In this document: positions 9,009-15,802 of the stretch, in pieces
Layout: every line of letters begins with the position of its first letter
Position numbering within the stretch: position 1 is the stretch's first letter
DNA from: Pseudomonadota bacterium
GTDB lineage: Bacteria > UBA10199 > 2-02-FULL-44-16 > JBDRGF01
DNA length: 15,802 nt
Direction: 5' to 3'
NCBI GenBank assembly: GCA_043818055.1
Contig: JBDRGF010000152.1
Span: 1-15,802 of the forward strand
Notes under the pieces: generated by a model
What the model saw: only the letters and a program-made list of their open reading frames with translations
What the model was told of the DNA's origin: nothing
Database searches by the model: none
Program-made: the position numbers and the translations under genes

Positions 9009-9011
9009 ATT

Positions 9012-9197
9012 TTACCAACTTGATTTGATAACTCCTGGCAATTCACCGGCAAGCGCCTTTTGTCTGAAACAAAGGCGGCACAACGCAAATTTCCTCAAAT
9101 ATGCACGTGGCCGACCACAGCGCGGACAACGATTGTACTGACGCACTGCAAATTTTTGTTTGCGATTCGCTTTAACTCTAAGTGAAGTCTTTGCCAT
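9012..9197 (-). CDS. rpsN: 30S ribosomal protein uS14, short zinc-binding type Z
   Basis: 61 aa, RCPRCGRPR...RKF.LCRLCFR...GELPGV.KSSW. Confidence 0.98.
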   Translation of the reverse strand: MAKTSLRVKANRKQKFAVRQYNRCPRCGRPRAYLRKFALCRLCFRQKALAGELPGVIKSSW

Positions 9198-9211
9198 AAG
9201 TTATCCTCTAT

Positions 9212-9871
9212 TTACAGTTTTCTAAAGGGCATGCCCATCACTGAGAGCAACTCTTTGCCCTCATCATCGGTCGGAGCTGATGTTACAAAAGTGATATTCA
9301 TACCATATACTCTTTGAACCTTGTCAAAATTTATCTCAGGGAAAATAGTATGTTCTGTCAAACCCAGAGTGTAATTACCTCTGCCATCAAAACCCTTTGG
9401 AGACACGCCCCTAAAATCCTTCACCCTCGGAAGCGCGACATTTACAAAGCGATTCAAAAATTCGTACATCCTTCTTCTTCTCAATGTGACCGAACAACCG
9501 ATGGGCATCCCTTCCCTGATCTTAAAATTAGCGATCGATTTCTTTGCCTTTGTTATCATGGCTTTCTGACCGCATATAGAAGAGATATCCTCAGCGACGC
9601 CTGTCAAAATTTTACTATCAGTAACAGCTTCTTTTAACGAAGTGTTGATAACAATCTTCTTCAGGCTCGGCACCTGAGACTTATTTGCATATTTAAACTT
9701 TTCCAAAAGAGCCGGCACACATTCTTCATTAAACTTTTTTTCCAGAGATCCTTTACCGGACGGATAAGCCTTCTTCTGGGAAGTTTTCGAAGTTTCCTTA
9801 TTTTCGGCCCCTTCAGGAGCTTTCTTTTTTTCTGTAGTTTTCTTTTTTTCTGTATCCATCTTCTTTGTCAC
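9212..9871 (-). CDS. rplE: 50S ribosomal protein uL5 with about 40-aa N-terminal extension
   Basis: AKKSIANFKIREGMPIG, ALPRVKDFRG, FDGRGNY, IFPEI. GTG start after TAAGGAGG; the ATG four codons later is an alternative start. Confidence 0.97.
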   Translation of the reverse strand: MTKKMDTEKKKTTEKKKAPEGAENKETSKTSQKKAYPSGKGSLEKKFNEECVPALLEKFKYANKSQVPSLKKIVINTSLKEAVTDSKILTGVAEDISSICGQKAMITKAKKSIANFKIREGMPIGCSVTLRRRRMYEFLNRFVNVALPRVKDFRGVSPKGFDGRGNYTLGLTEHTIFPEINFDKVQRVYGMNITFVTSAPTDDEGKELLSVMGMPFRKL

Positions 9872-9880
9872 AAATCCTCC

Positions 9881-10192
9881 TTAACCCAAAACTTCATCGG
9901 TACGTTTCAAATAACGCACTTTCTTACCCTCTTTATTTAAACGGAAACCTAAACGGGATGTCTTTCCCGAATTCTCGTCGTAATACATAACATTCGAAAG
10001 GTTGATCGGTGATTCCTTATCCACGATGCCGCTCTGACGATGTTGCTGTGTCGCACGTGAATGTTTCTTCACCATATTGACGCCTTCAACCCATACCCGC
10101 TGATTGCATTTATCAACTCTGATGACCTTGCCGGTTTTTCCACGGTCTTTCCCGACCATCACCTTTACATTATCACCGCGTTTAATAGCCAT
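9881..10192 (-). CDS. rplX: 50S ribosomal protein uL24
   Basis: IKRGD.V.V..GKDRGK.GKV, VEGVN.VKKH, E.PI..SNV; start moved to ATG 10192, 1 nt after the rplN stop. Confidence 0.97.
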   Translation of the reverse strand: MAIKRGDNVKVMVGKDRGKTGKVIRVDKCNQRVWVEGVNMVKKHSRATQQHRQSGIVDKESPINLSNVMYYDENSGKTSRLGFRLNKEGKKVRYLKRTDEVLG

Positions 10193-10193
10193 T

Positions 10194-10562
10194 TTATAAA
10201 ACCTCCGGTGCAAGTGAAATAATTTTTATATATCCCCTCGCACGAAGTTCTCTCGCGACGGGACCAAAAACGCGCGTTCCAAGCGGTTCCTTCTGATCAC
10301 TGATGAGCACTGCAGAATTATCATCAAACTTGATCGAGGATCCGTCCGGCCTTCTCCATTCCTTCCTTGTCCTTACGACAACGGCCTTCTTGACCTCGCC
10401 CTTCTTTACACGGGATTTAGGAGCCGCTTCTTTAACGGAGACAACAATTATATCCCCGACGTGTGCGTATCTGCGCTTGGATCCGCCAAGCACCTTGATA
10501 CACATCACGCGCTTTGCACCTGAATTATCCGCAACATTGAGTACTGTCTGCTGTTGAATCAT
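10194..10562 (-). CDS. rplN: 50S ribosomal protein uL14
   Basis: [40 protein letters not shown]. Confidence 0.99.
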   Translation of the reverse strand: MIQQQTVLNVADNSGAKRVMCIKVLGGSKRRYAHVGDIIVVSVKEAAPKSRVKKGEVKKAVVVRTRKEWRRPDGSSIKFDDNSAVLISDQKEPLGTRVFGPVARELRARGYIKIISLAPEVL

Positions 10563-10583
10563 ATCCTATCCTCCGCTAACAAG

Positions 10584-10838
10584 CTATCGTAGAGCCTCTT
10601 CAACTACTTTTATCACCTTCCAGGATTTGCGCTTTGATAAGGGTCTACACTCCTCGATCTCGACTACATCTCCCAAATTGCATTTGTTTTCCTCATCATG
10701 CGCCATATATTTTTTATGGCGTTTCACATATTTCTTAAACACGGGATCCTGCACAGTGCGCATAACCTTTACCACACAGCTCTTATCCATGCTGTTTGAA
10801 ACTACCAATCCTACGCGTTTTTTTCTCACACCTGCCAT
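10584..10838 (-). CDS. rpsQ: 30S ribosomal protein uS17
   Basis: G.VVS..MDK, KY.AHDE.N, GD.V.I.ECRPLSK.K.W; start moved to ATG 10838 behind an AGGAGG SD. Confidence 0.98.
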   Translation of the reverse strand: MAGVRKKRVGLVVSNSMDKSCVVKVMRTVQDPVFKKYVKRHKKYMAHDEENKCNLGDVVEIEECRPLSKRKSWKVIKVVEEALR

Positions 10839-10888
10839 ATACATCCTCCTCAAGCTGGCTCTAAACCAACTCGCAACTTTAAAAACTA

Positions 10889-11080
10889 TTATGCACCTTT
10901 TCTGCTGGTCAATTCAGTTTTTACCCTTGCCAAATCACATCTGACCTTTTTTATATTAGAAACCTGCTTCAACTCGCCCTTCGCCTTTCTAAAACGAAGG
11001 TTAAATATCTCGCGTTCAAGCTCTCCTGAAAGTTTATTCAGTTCTTCAGAAGATTTTTCTCTGATTTCACTAGGCTTCAC
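10889..11080 (-). CDS. rpmC: 50S ribosomal protein uL29
   Basis: MK.SEIRE.S.EEL, E.FNLRF, I..VR..LARVKT; GTG start overlapping rplP. Confidence 0.96.
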   Translation of the reverse strand: MKPSEIREKSSEELNKLSGELEREIFNLRFRKAKGELKQVSNIKKVRCDLARVKTELTSRKGA

Positions 11081-11501
11081 GGTAGACCTCCTCGCTTTTT
11101 CTCGAAACTATCCTCGTTAAAACAGGCAACTTGTGTGATGCCAATCTCATCGCTTCAATGGCAAGTTCCGCGTCCACACCCTTCATCTCAAAGAGCATAG
11201 TCCCACGCTGTACCGGCCTCACCCACTCTTCAGGGGAACCCTTTCCCTTACCCATTCGTGTTTCAGCAGGTTTTTTACTTACCGACTGATCGGGAAAAAT
11301 TCTTATCCACAGTCTTCCGCCTCTTTTTGCGGCGCGACTCATAGCCATACGTGCTGCTTCTATCTGACGGGAGTTGATCCTGCCACACGATAAAGATTGC
11401 AATCCGTAATCGCCAAAGGAGAGGTTACATCCTCTTCCGGCTGTTCCCCTGACACGACCCTTTTGCTGTTTACGCCATTTTTGTTTACTTGGTTGTAACA
11501 T
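11070..11501 (-). CDS. rplP: 50S ribosomal protein uL16
   Basis: MLQP...[38 protein letters not shown]. Confidence 0.99.
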   Translation of the reverse strand: MLQPSKQKWRKQQKGRVRGTAGRGCNLSFGDYGLQSLSCGRINSRQIEAARMAMSRAAKRGGRLWIRIFPDQSVSKKPAETRMGKGKGSPEEWVRPVQRGTMLFEMKGVDAELAIEAMRLASHKLPVLTRIVSRKSEEVYREA

Positions 11502-11519
11502 AATATAATCTCCAAATAG

Positions 11520-12149
11520 CTACGCTATTACTTCGCCTTTAAAAATCCAGACCTTCACACCTATGATCCCGAAGGTCGTCAGAGATTCAGAGGTACCATA
11601 ATCGATATTTGCCCTGAGCGTATGAAGAGGAACCCTGCCCTCCCTATACCACTCTGTTCTCGCGATCTCGGCGCCGCCAAGCCTTCCAGCACATTGAATT
11701 TTTATTCCTTCAGCTCCAAGTTTTAGAGCAGACTGCACCGCCTTCTTCATCGCACGACGAAATGAAACCCTTCTCTCCAGCTGACGCGCCACATTTTCAG
11801 ATACCAGCTGTGCGTCAATTTCCGCCTTGCGAATCTCTTTTATATTAATACTGACCTTTTCATGGCACTTATGCTGTAATTCCAGCCTCAACGAATCGAT
11901 GCCTGCGCCCTTCTTGCCGATCACGAGACCCGGTCGCGCCGTATGTATATCGACTGTGACACTTCCGGCAGCCCTTGCGATTTCAATACGGGAGACGCCT
12001 GTCGCATCCAGTTTTTTCTTCAAAAACTTGCGAATCGCCTCATCCTCATGCACATATTCTCCGTACTGAGCTCCCTCGGCATACCATTTGGAACGCCATG
12101 TCTCAGTTATTCCCAACCTGAATCCTCTCGGATGCGTCTTCTGTCCCAT
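11520..12149 (-). CDS. rpsC: 30S ribosomal protein uS3
   Basis: [46 protein letters not shown]; true start ATG 12149 in a TAATG overlap with the rplV stop. Confidence 0.99.
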   Translation of the reverse strand: MGQKTHPRGFRLGITETWRSKWYAEGAQYGEYVHEDEAIRKFLKKKLDATGVSRIEIARAAGSVTVDIHTARPGLVIGKKGAGIDSLRLELQHKCHEKVSINIKEIRKAEIDAQLVSENVARQLERRVSFRRAMKKAVQSALKLGAEGIKIQCAGRLGGAEIARTEWYREGRVPLHTLRANIDYGTSESLTTFGIIGVKVWIFKGEVIA

Positions 12150-12481
12150 TAACGTTCCTCCAGCTCCACACCGATGTGACAGGTGCGTTTCAATATTGGT
12201 GTAGCCATGCCTCTGGCCCTGGGCAACCACCTTTTAAAAGTCGGACCATCATCTACCAACAACGTTTTGACATACATGTTGTCCAGATTAGCACTACCAC
12301 TCTGGTCTGCGTTGTTGACCGCGGACCACAAAAGCTTTGCCAGAACAGCGGCGGCTTTACGCTTGCAACCTTTCAGAACATTCAGGGCTTCGGAGACTCC
12401 CTTGTTCCTGAGCAGCGTCGCAACCATTCTTACCTTTCTGGGCGACATTCTGACATAACGTGCTTTCGCACTGCTTGACAT
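12149..12481 (-). CDS. rplV: 50S ribosomal protein uL22
   Basis: R.SPRKVR.V, KLL.SAV.NA, VD.GP..KR..PRARG, KRT.HI; ATG in a TGATG overlap with the rpsS stop. Confidence 0.98.
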   Translation of the reverse strand: MSSSAKARYVRMSPRKVRMVATLLRNKGVSEALNVLKGCKRKAAAVLAKLLWSAVNNADQSGSANLDNMYVKTLLVDDGPTFKRWLPRARGMATPILKRTCHIGVELEER

Positions 12482-12771
12482 CACTGACCTCCCTGAACAA
12501 CAGTTGATTTTTTAATTCCACCGTGACCTCTGAATACACGGGTCGGAACAAACTCTCCCAATTTATGACCTACCATGCCCTCTGTGACATATATAGGCAC
12601 AAATTTTTTGCCATTGTGAATGGCAAAAGTTAAACCTATCATATCTGGTATCACTGTAGATCTGCGAGACCAGGTTTTGATCACCTGCCGGCTCCCTGAA
12701 TTTTGAGCAACAGTTACTTTTTTTACAAGATGATCGTCAACAAAAGGTCCTTTTTTTAATGAACGAGCCAT
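12481..12771 (-). CDS. rpsS: 30S ribosomal protein uS19
   Basis: [32 protein letters not shown]. Confidence 0.99.
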   Translation of the reverse strand: MARSLKKGPFVDDHLVKKVTVAQNSGSRQVIKTWSRRSTVIPDMIGLTFAIHNGKKFVPIYVTEGMVGHKLGEFVPTRVFRGHGGIKKSTVVQGGQ

Positions 12772-12780
12772 ATTACCTCA

Positions 12781-13602
12781 CTATTTTTTTCTTCTATTAA
12801 TTATAAATTTATCGGTCCGCTTGTTATTTCTTGTCTTCTGCCCACGGGTACATTTACCCCATGGTGTCCTCGGATGACCACCCTTCGATCTTCCCTCTCC
12901 ACCGCCGTTTGGATGATCGACTGGGTTCATCGCCATACCTCTGACAACAGGCCTTCTTCCCATATGACGGAGACGGCCAGCCTTTCCGTAGTTGATATTT
13001 TCGTGGTCAATATTTCCAACTTGTCCAATCGTGGCTCTGCATCTCTCCATGACCATGCGAACTTCACCGGAGGGAAGCTTCACCAAAGCATATCCCTTCT
13101 CCCTTGCCATCAGCTGTGCAACCGCACCTGCACTTCTCACAATTTTGCCGCCTGCGCCGGGCTGAAGCTCGATGTTATGTATATTCGTTCCAAGTGGAAT
13201 AACTGAGAGCGGCATACAATTACCTGGAGCGATATCTGCTTTCTCTGATGAGACAACTTCGTTTCCAACTTTCAATCCTACCGGCGCCAGAATATAGCGT
13301 TTTTCACCATCAAGATAGTGAAGCAGTGCAATCCGGGCTGATCTGTTCGGATCATATTCAATAGCAGCGACCTTTGCAGGAACCCCCGTTTTCGATCTTT
13401 TGAAATCGATGATACGGTAGTTGCGCTTAGCGCCGCCGCCCCTCTGGAAGGATGTGATCCTGCCATGGTTGTTGCGTCCTCCGGTCTTTTTCAGTGCAAC
13501 GATGAGCGATTTTTCCGGCCTTGATTTTGTAATTTCAGCAAAATCAGATACGCTCATTCCTCGCTGTCCCGGTGTATTTGGTTTATAAAACCTTGTTCCC
13601 AT
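12781..13602 (-). CDS. rplB: 50S ribosomal protein uL2
   Basis: [43 protein letters not shown]. Confidence 0.99.
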   Translation of the reverse strand: MGTRFYKPNTPGQRGMSVSDFAEITKSRPEKSLIVALKKTGGRNNHGRITSFQRGGGAKRNYRIIDFKRSKTGVPAKVAAIEYDPNRSARIALLHYLDGEKRYILAPVGLKVGNEVVSSEKADIAPGNCMPLSVIPLGTNIHNIELQPGAGGKIVRSAGAVAQLMAREKGYALVKLPSGEVRMVMERCRATIGQVGNIDHENINYGKAGRLRHMGRRPVVRGMAMNPVDHPNGGGEGRSKGGHPRTPWGKCTRGQKTRNNKRTDKFIINRRKK

Positions 13603-13639
13603 AATAGCCTCTCAATAAATCAGTGAGTTCAAAAATAAA

Positions 13640-13927
13640 TTAAGCAATCTCCATTCCCTCGATGCGATCGCCTTCGTTTAGCTTTACAATAGCTTTTTTC
13701 AGGTCGCTCGTGCGTCCCTGACTCTTTCCAACCTTCTTATATTTTCCATTTCTCTTGAGCGTCTTGACAGATAGCACCTTGACCTTGAAAACACTCTCAA
13801 CTGCGCTCTTAATATCGAACTTTGTTGCGCGCTTATCGACAATAAAAGCATACGCATTATGCGTAGTCTGTAACCCTGCGACTTTCTCAGTGATGAGCGG
13901 TCTTTTTAAGACATTATAAGGATTCAC
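13640..13927 (-). CDS. rplW: 50S ribosomal protein uL23
   Basis: P.ITEK, A.K..IK.AVE..FKVKV..V, KKAIV.L; GTGA overlap with rplD. Confidence 0.97.
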   Translation of the reverse strand: MNPYNVLKRPLITEKVAGLQTTHNAYAFIVDKRATKFDIKSAVESVFKVKVLSVKTLKRNGKYKKVGKSQGRTSDLKKAIVKLNEGDRIEGMEIA

Positions 13928-14520
13928 GACTTAAAGCCCTCCTGCACATTCTCAATGGATTGTGCCGTAAATAGAACCTGATCATGTAGCAATAAATCAT
14001 AAACATTTATTTCATTACTCCTCACAACCTTGATATGCGGAATGTTTCGTGCGCATCTGGAAACCAACGAGTATTCCGATTCATTAACTACGATAAGACC
14101 ATTATTAAAAGAAAGCTTGTCGAGCTCGGCCTTCATGTGTCTGGTTTTCAGTTCCTTAAGATCTATTTTATCAACAATTTGTACCTTTTCCTCTTTCATC
14201 TTCATCGACAAGGCGCTCTTCAATGCAGCCCTGCGCATTTTTTTGGGCGGGTTCTGATTATAGCTTCTTGGCTTCGGACCGAAGGATTTTCCGCCTCCGC
14301 GAAAGATGTTTGTCCTTAAATCTCCATGCCTCGCACGACCTGAGCCCTTCTGACGCATACTCTTCGCTGTCGTACCGCTCACCAATGCGTGGTTTCTGCA
14401 ATTTGCAGTTCCCACCCTCCCGTTGGCAAGTTGAAACTTAACAATGTCATACAGAAGAGACTCTTTGACATCGGAGCCAAAAACCTCTTCGTTAAATTTA
14501 TAATCAGATAGTACCTTCAC
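13924..14520 (-). CDS. rplD: 50S ribosomal protein uL4
   Basis: RQKGSGRARHG, RGGG..FGPKPR.Y, KKMRR.ALKSALS, ARNIP, NVYDLL; GTG start with AGGAG SD. Confidence 0.97.
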   Translation of the reverse strand: MKVLSDYKFNEEVFGSDVKESLLYDIVKFQLANGRVGTANCRNHALVSGTTAKSMRQKGSGRARHGDLRTNIFRGGGKSFGPKPRSYNQNPPKKMRRAALKSALSMKMKEEKVQIVDKIDLKELKTRHMKAELDKLSFNNGLIVVNESEYSLVSRCARNIPHIKVVRSNEINVYDLLLHDQVLFTAQSIENVQEGFKS

Positions 14521-14522
14521 TT

Positions 14523-15266
14523 TTACTCCTTATTATTTTCTGCCATTTCAACGGCCTTCTCGGGGACATTTGAAACATCCTCATTAACTTGCTCATTTAC
14601 TTTTGCATCTGATGAAGAAATCTTTGAGAAGCGCTCGGAATAAGTGGTTCCTTTACATCTTATGCTCAGGTAACCCCCACGAGTTCCGGCAACAGCACCC
14701 TTCACCAGGATGACGTTATCATCGGGTCTCACCATCTCAACCCGAAGTCCATCAGTCGTAATATTCACAAATCCCATGTGTCCCGGCATCCTCTTATTCT
14801 TAATAACACGATGAGGATCCGTTCTCATGCCTGTTGATCCCGGACGACGCTTACTATCACCACCATGAGATGATGGTCCACGCGACATGCCATGGCGCTT
14901 GACGACTCCCTGAAATCCACGGCCTTTGGTTGTTCCTGAAACGCTGACCATATCACCTGTCTCAAAGAAATTAGCCCTCAAGACATCTCCAGCTTTCAAT
15001 CCAGTATCACCTTCGACACGAAATTCTTTGAGCTTCCTCAACATGCCCGCTTTATTTTTAGCAAGATGCCCGCGCTTCGCTTTGTTGAGCCTGGCTGCTT
15101 TCGTCTCCTCGAAACCGAGTTGAAGAGCCCAGTAGCCATCCGTTTCAGAAGTTCTCACCTGTACAACGGTGCAAGGTCCAACTTCTAACACGGTCACGGG
15201 AATCAGATCTCCATGTTCATTGAAGATCTGCGTCATACCTAATTTTTTACCCAACATTCCGAACAT
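14523..15266 (-). CDS. rplC: 50S ribosomal protein uL3 with about 40-aa C-terminal extension
   Basis: G.KLGMTQIF, PVTV, DGY.A.QLG, KG.GFQGVVKRH, MPGHMG, VKGAV.G. Confidence 0.98.
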   Translation of the reverse strand: MFGMLGKKLGMTQIFNEHGDLIPVTVLEVGPCTVVQVRTSETDGYWALQLGFEETKAARLNKAKRGHLAKNKAGMLRKLKEFRVEGDTGLKAGDVLRANFFETGDMVSVSGTTKGRGFQGVVKRHGMSRGPSSHGGDSKRRPGSTGMRTDPHRVIKNKRMPGHMGFVNITTDGLRVEMVRPDDNVILVKGAVAGTRGGYLSIRCKGTTYSERFSKISSSDAKVNEQVNEDVSNVPEKAVEMAENNKE

Positions 15267-15294
15267 ATCTACCTCTTAGTTAACCTGGATATTG

Positions 15295-15621
15295 TTATAT
15301 CATCTTAATTTCAACATCTACTCCGGCAGAAAGCTCAAGCTTCATCAAAGCATCGACAGTCTGCTTGGTAGGTTCTAATATATCGATGAGCCGTTTGTGC
15401 GTTCTGATTTCAAATTGTTCCTGAGAACGTTTGTCAACATGCGGACTCCTCAGGATAGAGTATTTTTCAATTCTGGTCGGCAATGGAATCGGCCCGACAA
15501 TCACAGCACCTGTCCGGTGCACTGTGTCCACTATCTCAGTGACAGACTGATCTAAAAGTTTATGATCGTAAGCTTTTAGCCTCATCCTGATCTTTTGCCC
15601 CTTTTCATATTCACTGCTCAT
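15295..15621 (-). CDS. rpsJ: 30S ribosomal protein uS10
   Basis: [46 protein letters not shown]. Confidence 0.99.
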   Translation of the reverse strand: MSSEYEKGQKIRMRLKAYDHKLLDQSVTEIVDTVHRTGAVIVGPIPLPTRIEKYSILRSPHVDKRSQEQFEIRTHKRLIDILEPTKQTVDALMKLELSAGVDVEIKMI

Positions 15622-15660
15622 AAGAACATCTCCTTAACCTCTTCACCCCCAAAATAGTGA

Positions 15661-15802
15661 CTATTCAATAACTTCAGCAACAACTCCGGCGCCGACTGTT
15701 CGGCCACCCTCTCTGATCGCAAATCTCAGTTCCTTCTCCATTGCGATCGGTGTGATCAACTCTATCTCTACTGTGATGTTATCGCCCGGCATCACCATCT
15801 CC
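15661..15802 (-). CDS. tuf: Elongation factor Tu, C-terminal 46 residues (partial; not in ORF track)
   Basis: Hand translation: [46 protein letters not shown] (TAG at 15663-15661). Confidence 0.98.
   Translation of the reverse strand, partial: EMVMPGDNITVEIELITPIAMEKELRFAIREGGRTVGAGVVAEVIE

Noticed and set aside
2009..9197. Cys-containing (zinc-type) forms of uS4, bL36, uS14 and the Adk LID
   Set aside because: These are the ordinary forms in many bacteria; not unusual.
10851..10888. AACT recurrences and a 6-bp hairpin in the rpmC-rpsQ spacer
   Set aside because: Irregular period (7 then 9) and weak stem; not convincingly the same class as the other repeat hairpins.
6623..12230. Apparent N-terminal extensions in the ORF track for uL15, uL18, uL6, uL24, uS17 and uS3
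   Set aside because: Artefacts of longest-ORF calling; SD positions and stop/start overlaps support the shorter canonical starts.
881..15123. Numerous other plus-strand and alternate-frame ORFs in the track
   Set aside because: All lie over conserved housekeeping genes, show no recognisable motifs, and are expected shadow ORFs.

Overview
Core ribosomal-protein superoperon (S10-spc-alpha), all on the minus strand and read right to left: tuf (3' end), rpsJ, rplC, rplD, rplW, rplB, rpsS, rplV, rpsC, rplP, rpmC, rpsQ, rplN, rplX, rplE, rpsN(Z), rpsH, rplF, rplR, rpsE, rplO, secY, adk, map, infA, rpmJ, rpsM, rpsK, rpsD, rpoA, rplQ. The RpoA N-terminus and the gene order resemble deltaproteobacteria-like lineages (inference, not a search result). 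Most of the window is ordinary housekeeping DNA and I see no complete novel multi-gene system. Departures from the norm: (1) rpmD (uL30) is missing from its canonical slot and uS5 is C-terminally short; (2) two intergenic hairpins are built from tandem 8-mer (rpsN-rpsH) and 7-mer (rpsD-rpoA) units; (3) bL17, uL5 and uL3 carry long low-complexity extensions; (4) downstream of the operon terminator, a strong sigma70-like promoter and SD precede an unlisted ORF running off the left edge, whose first 60 codons read in frame through three REP-like palindromes; (5) several normally conserved ribosomal-protein motifs are substituted. Several ORF-track starts were corrected, and rpmJ, tuf and the left-edge ORF were added by hand translation.
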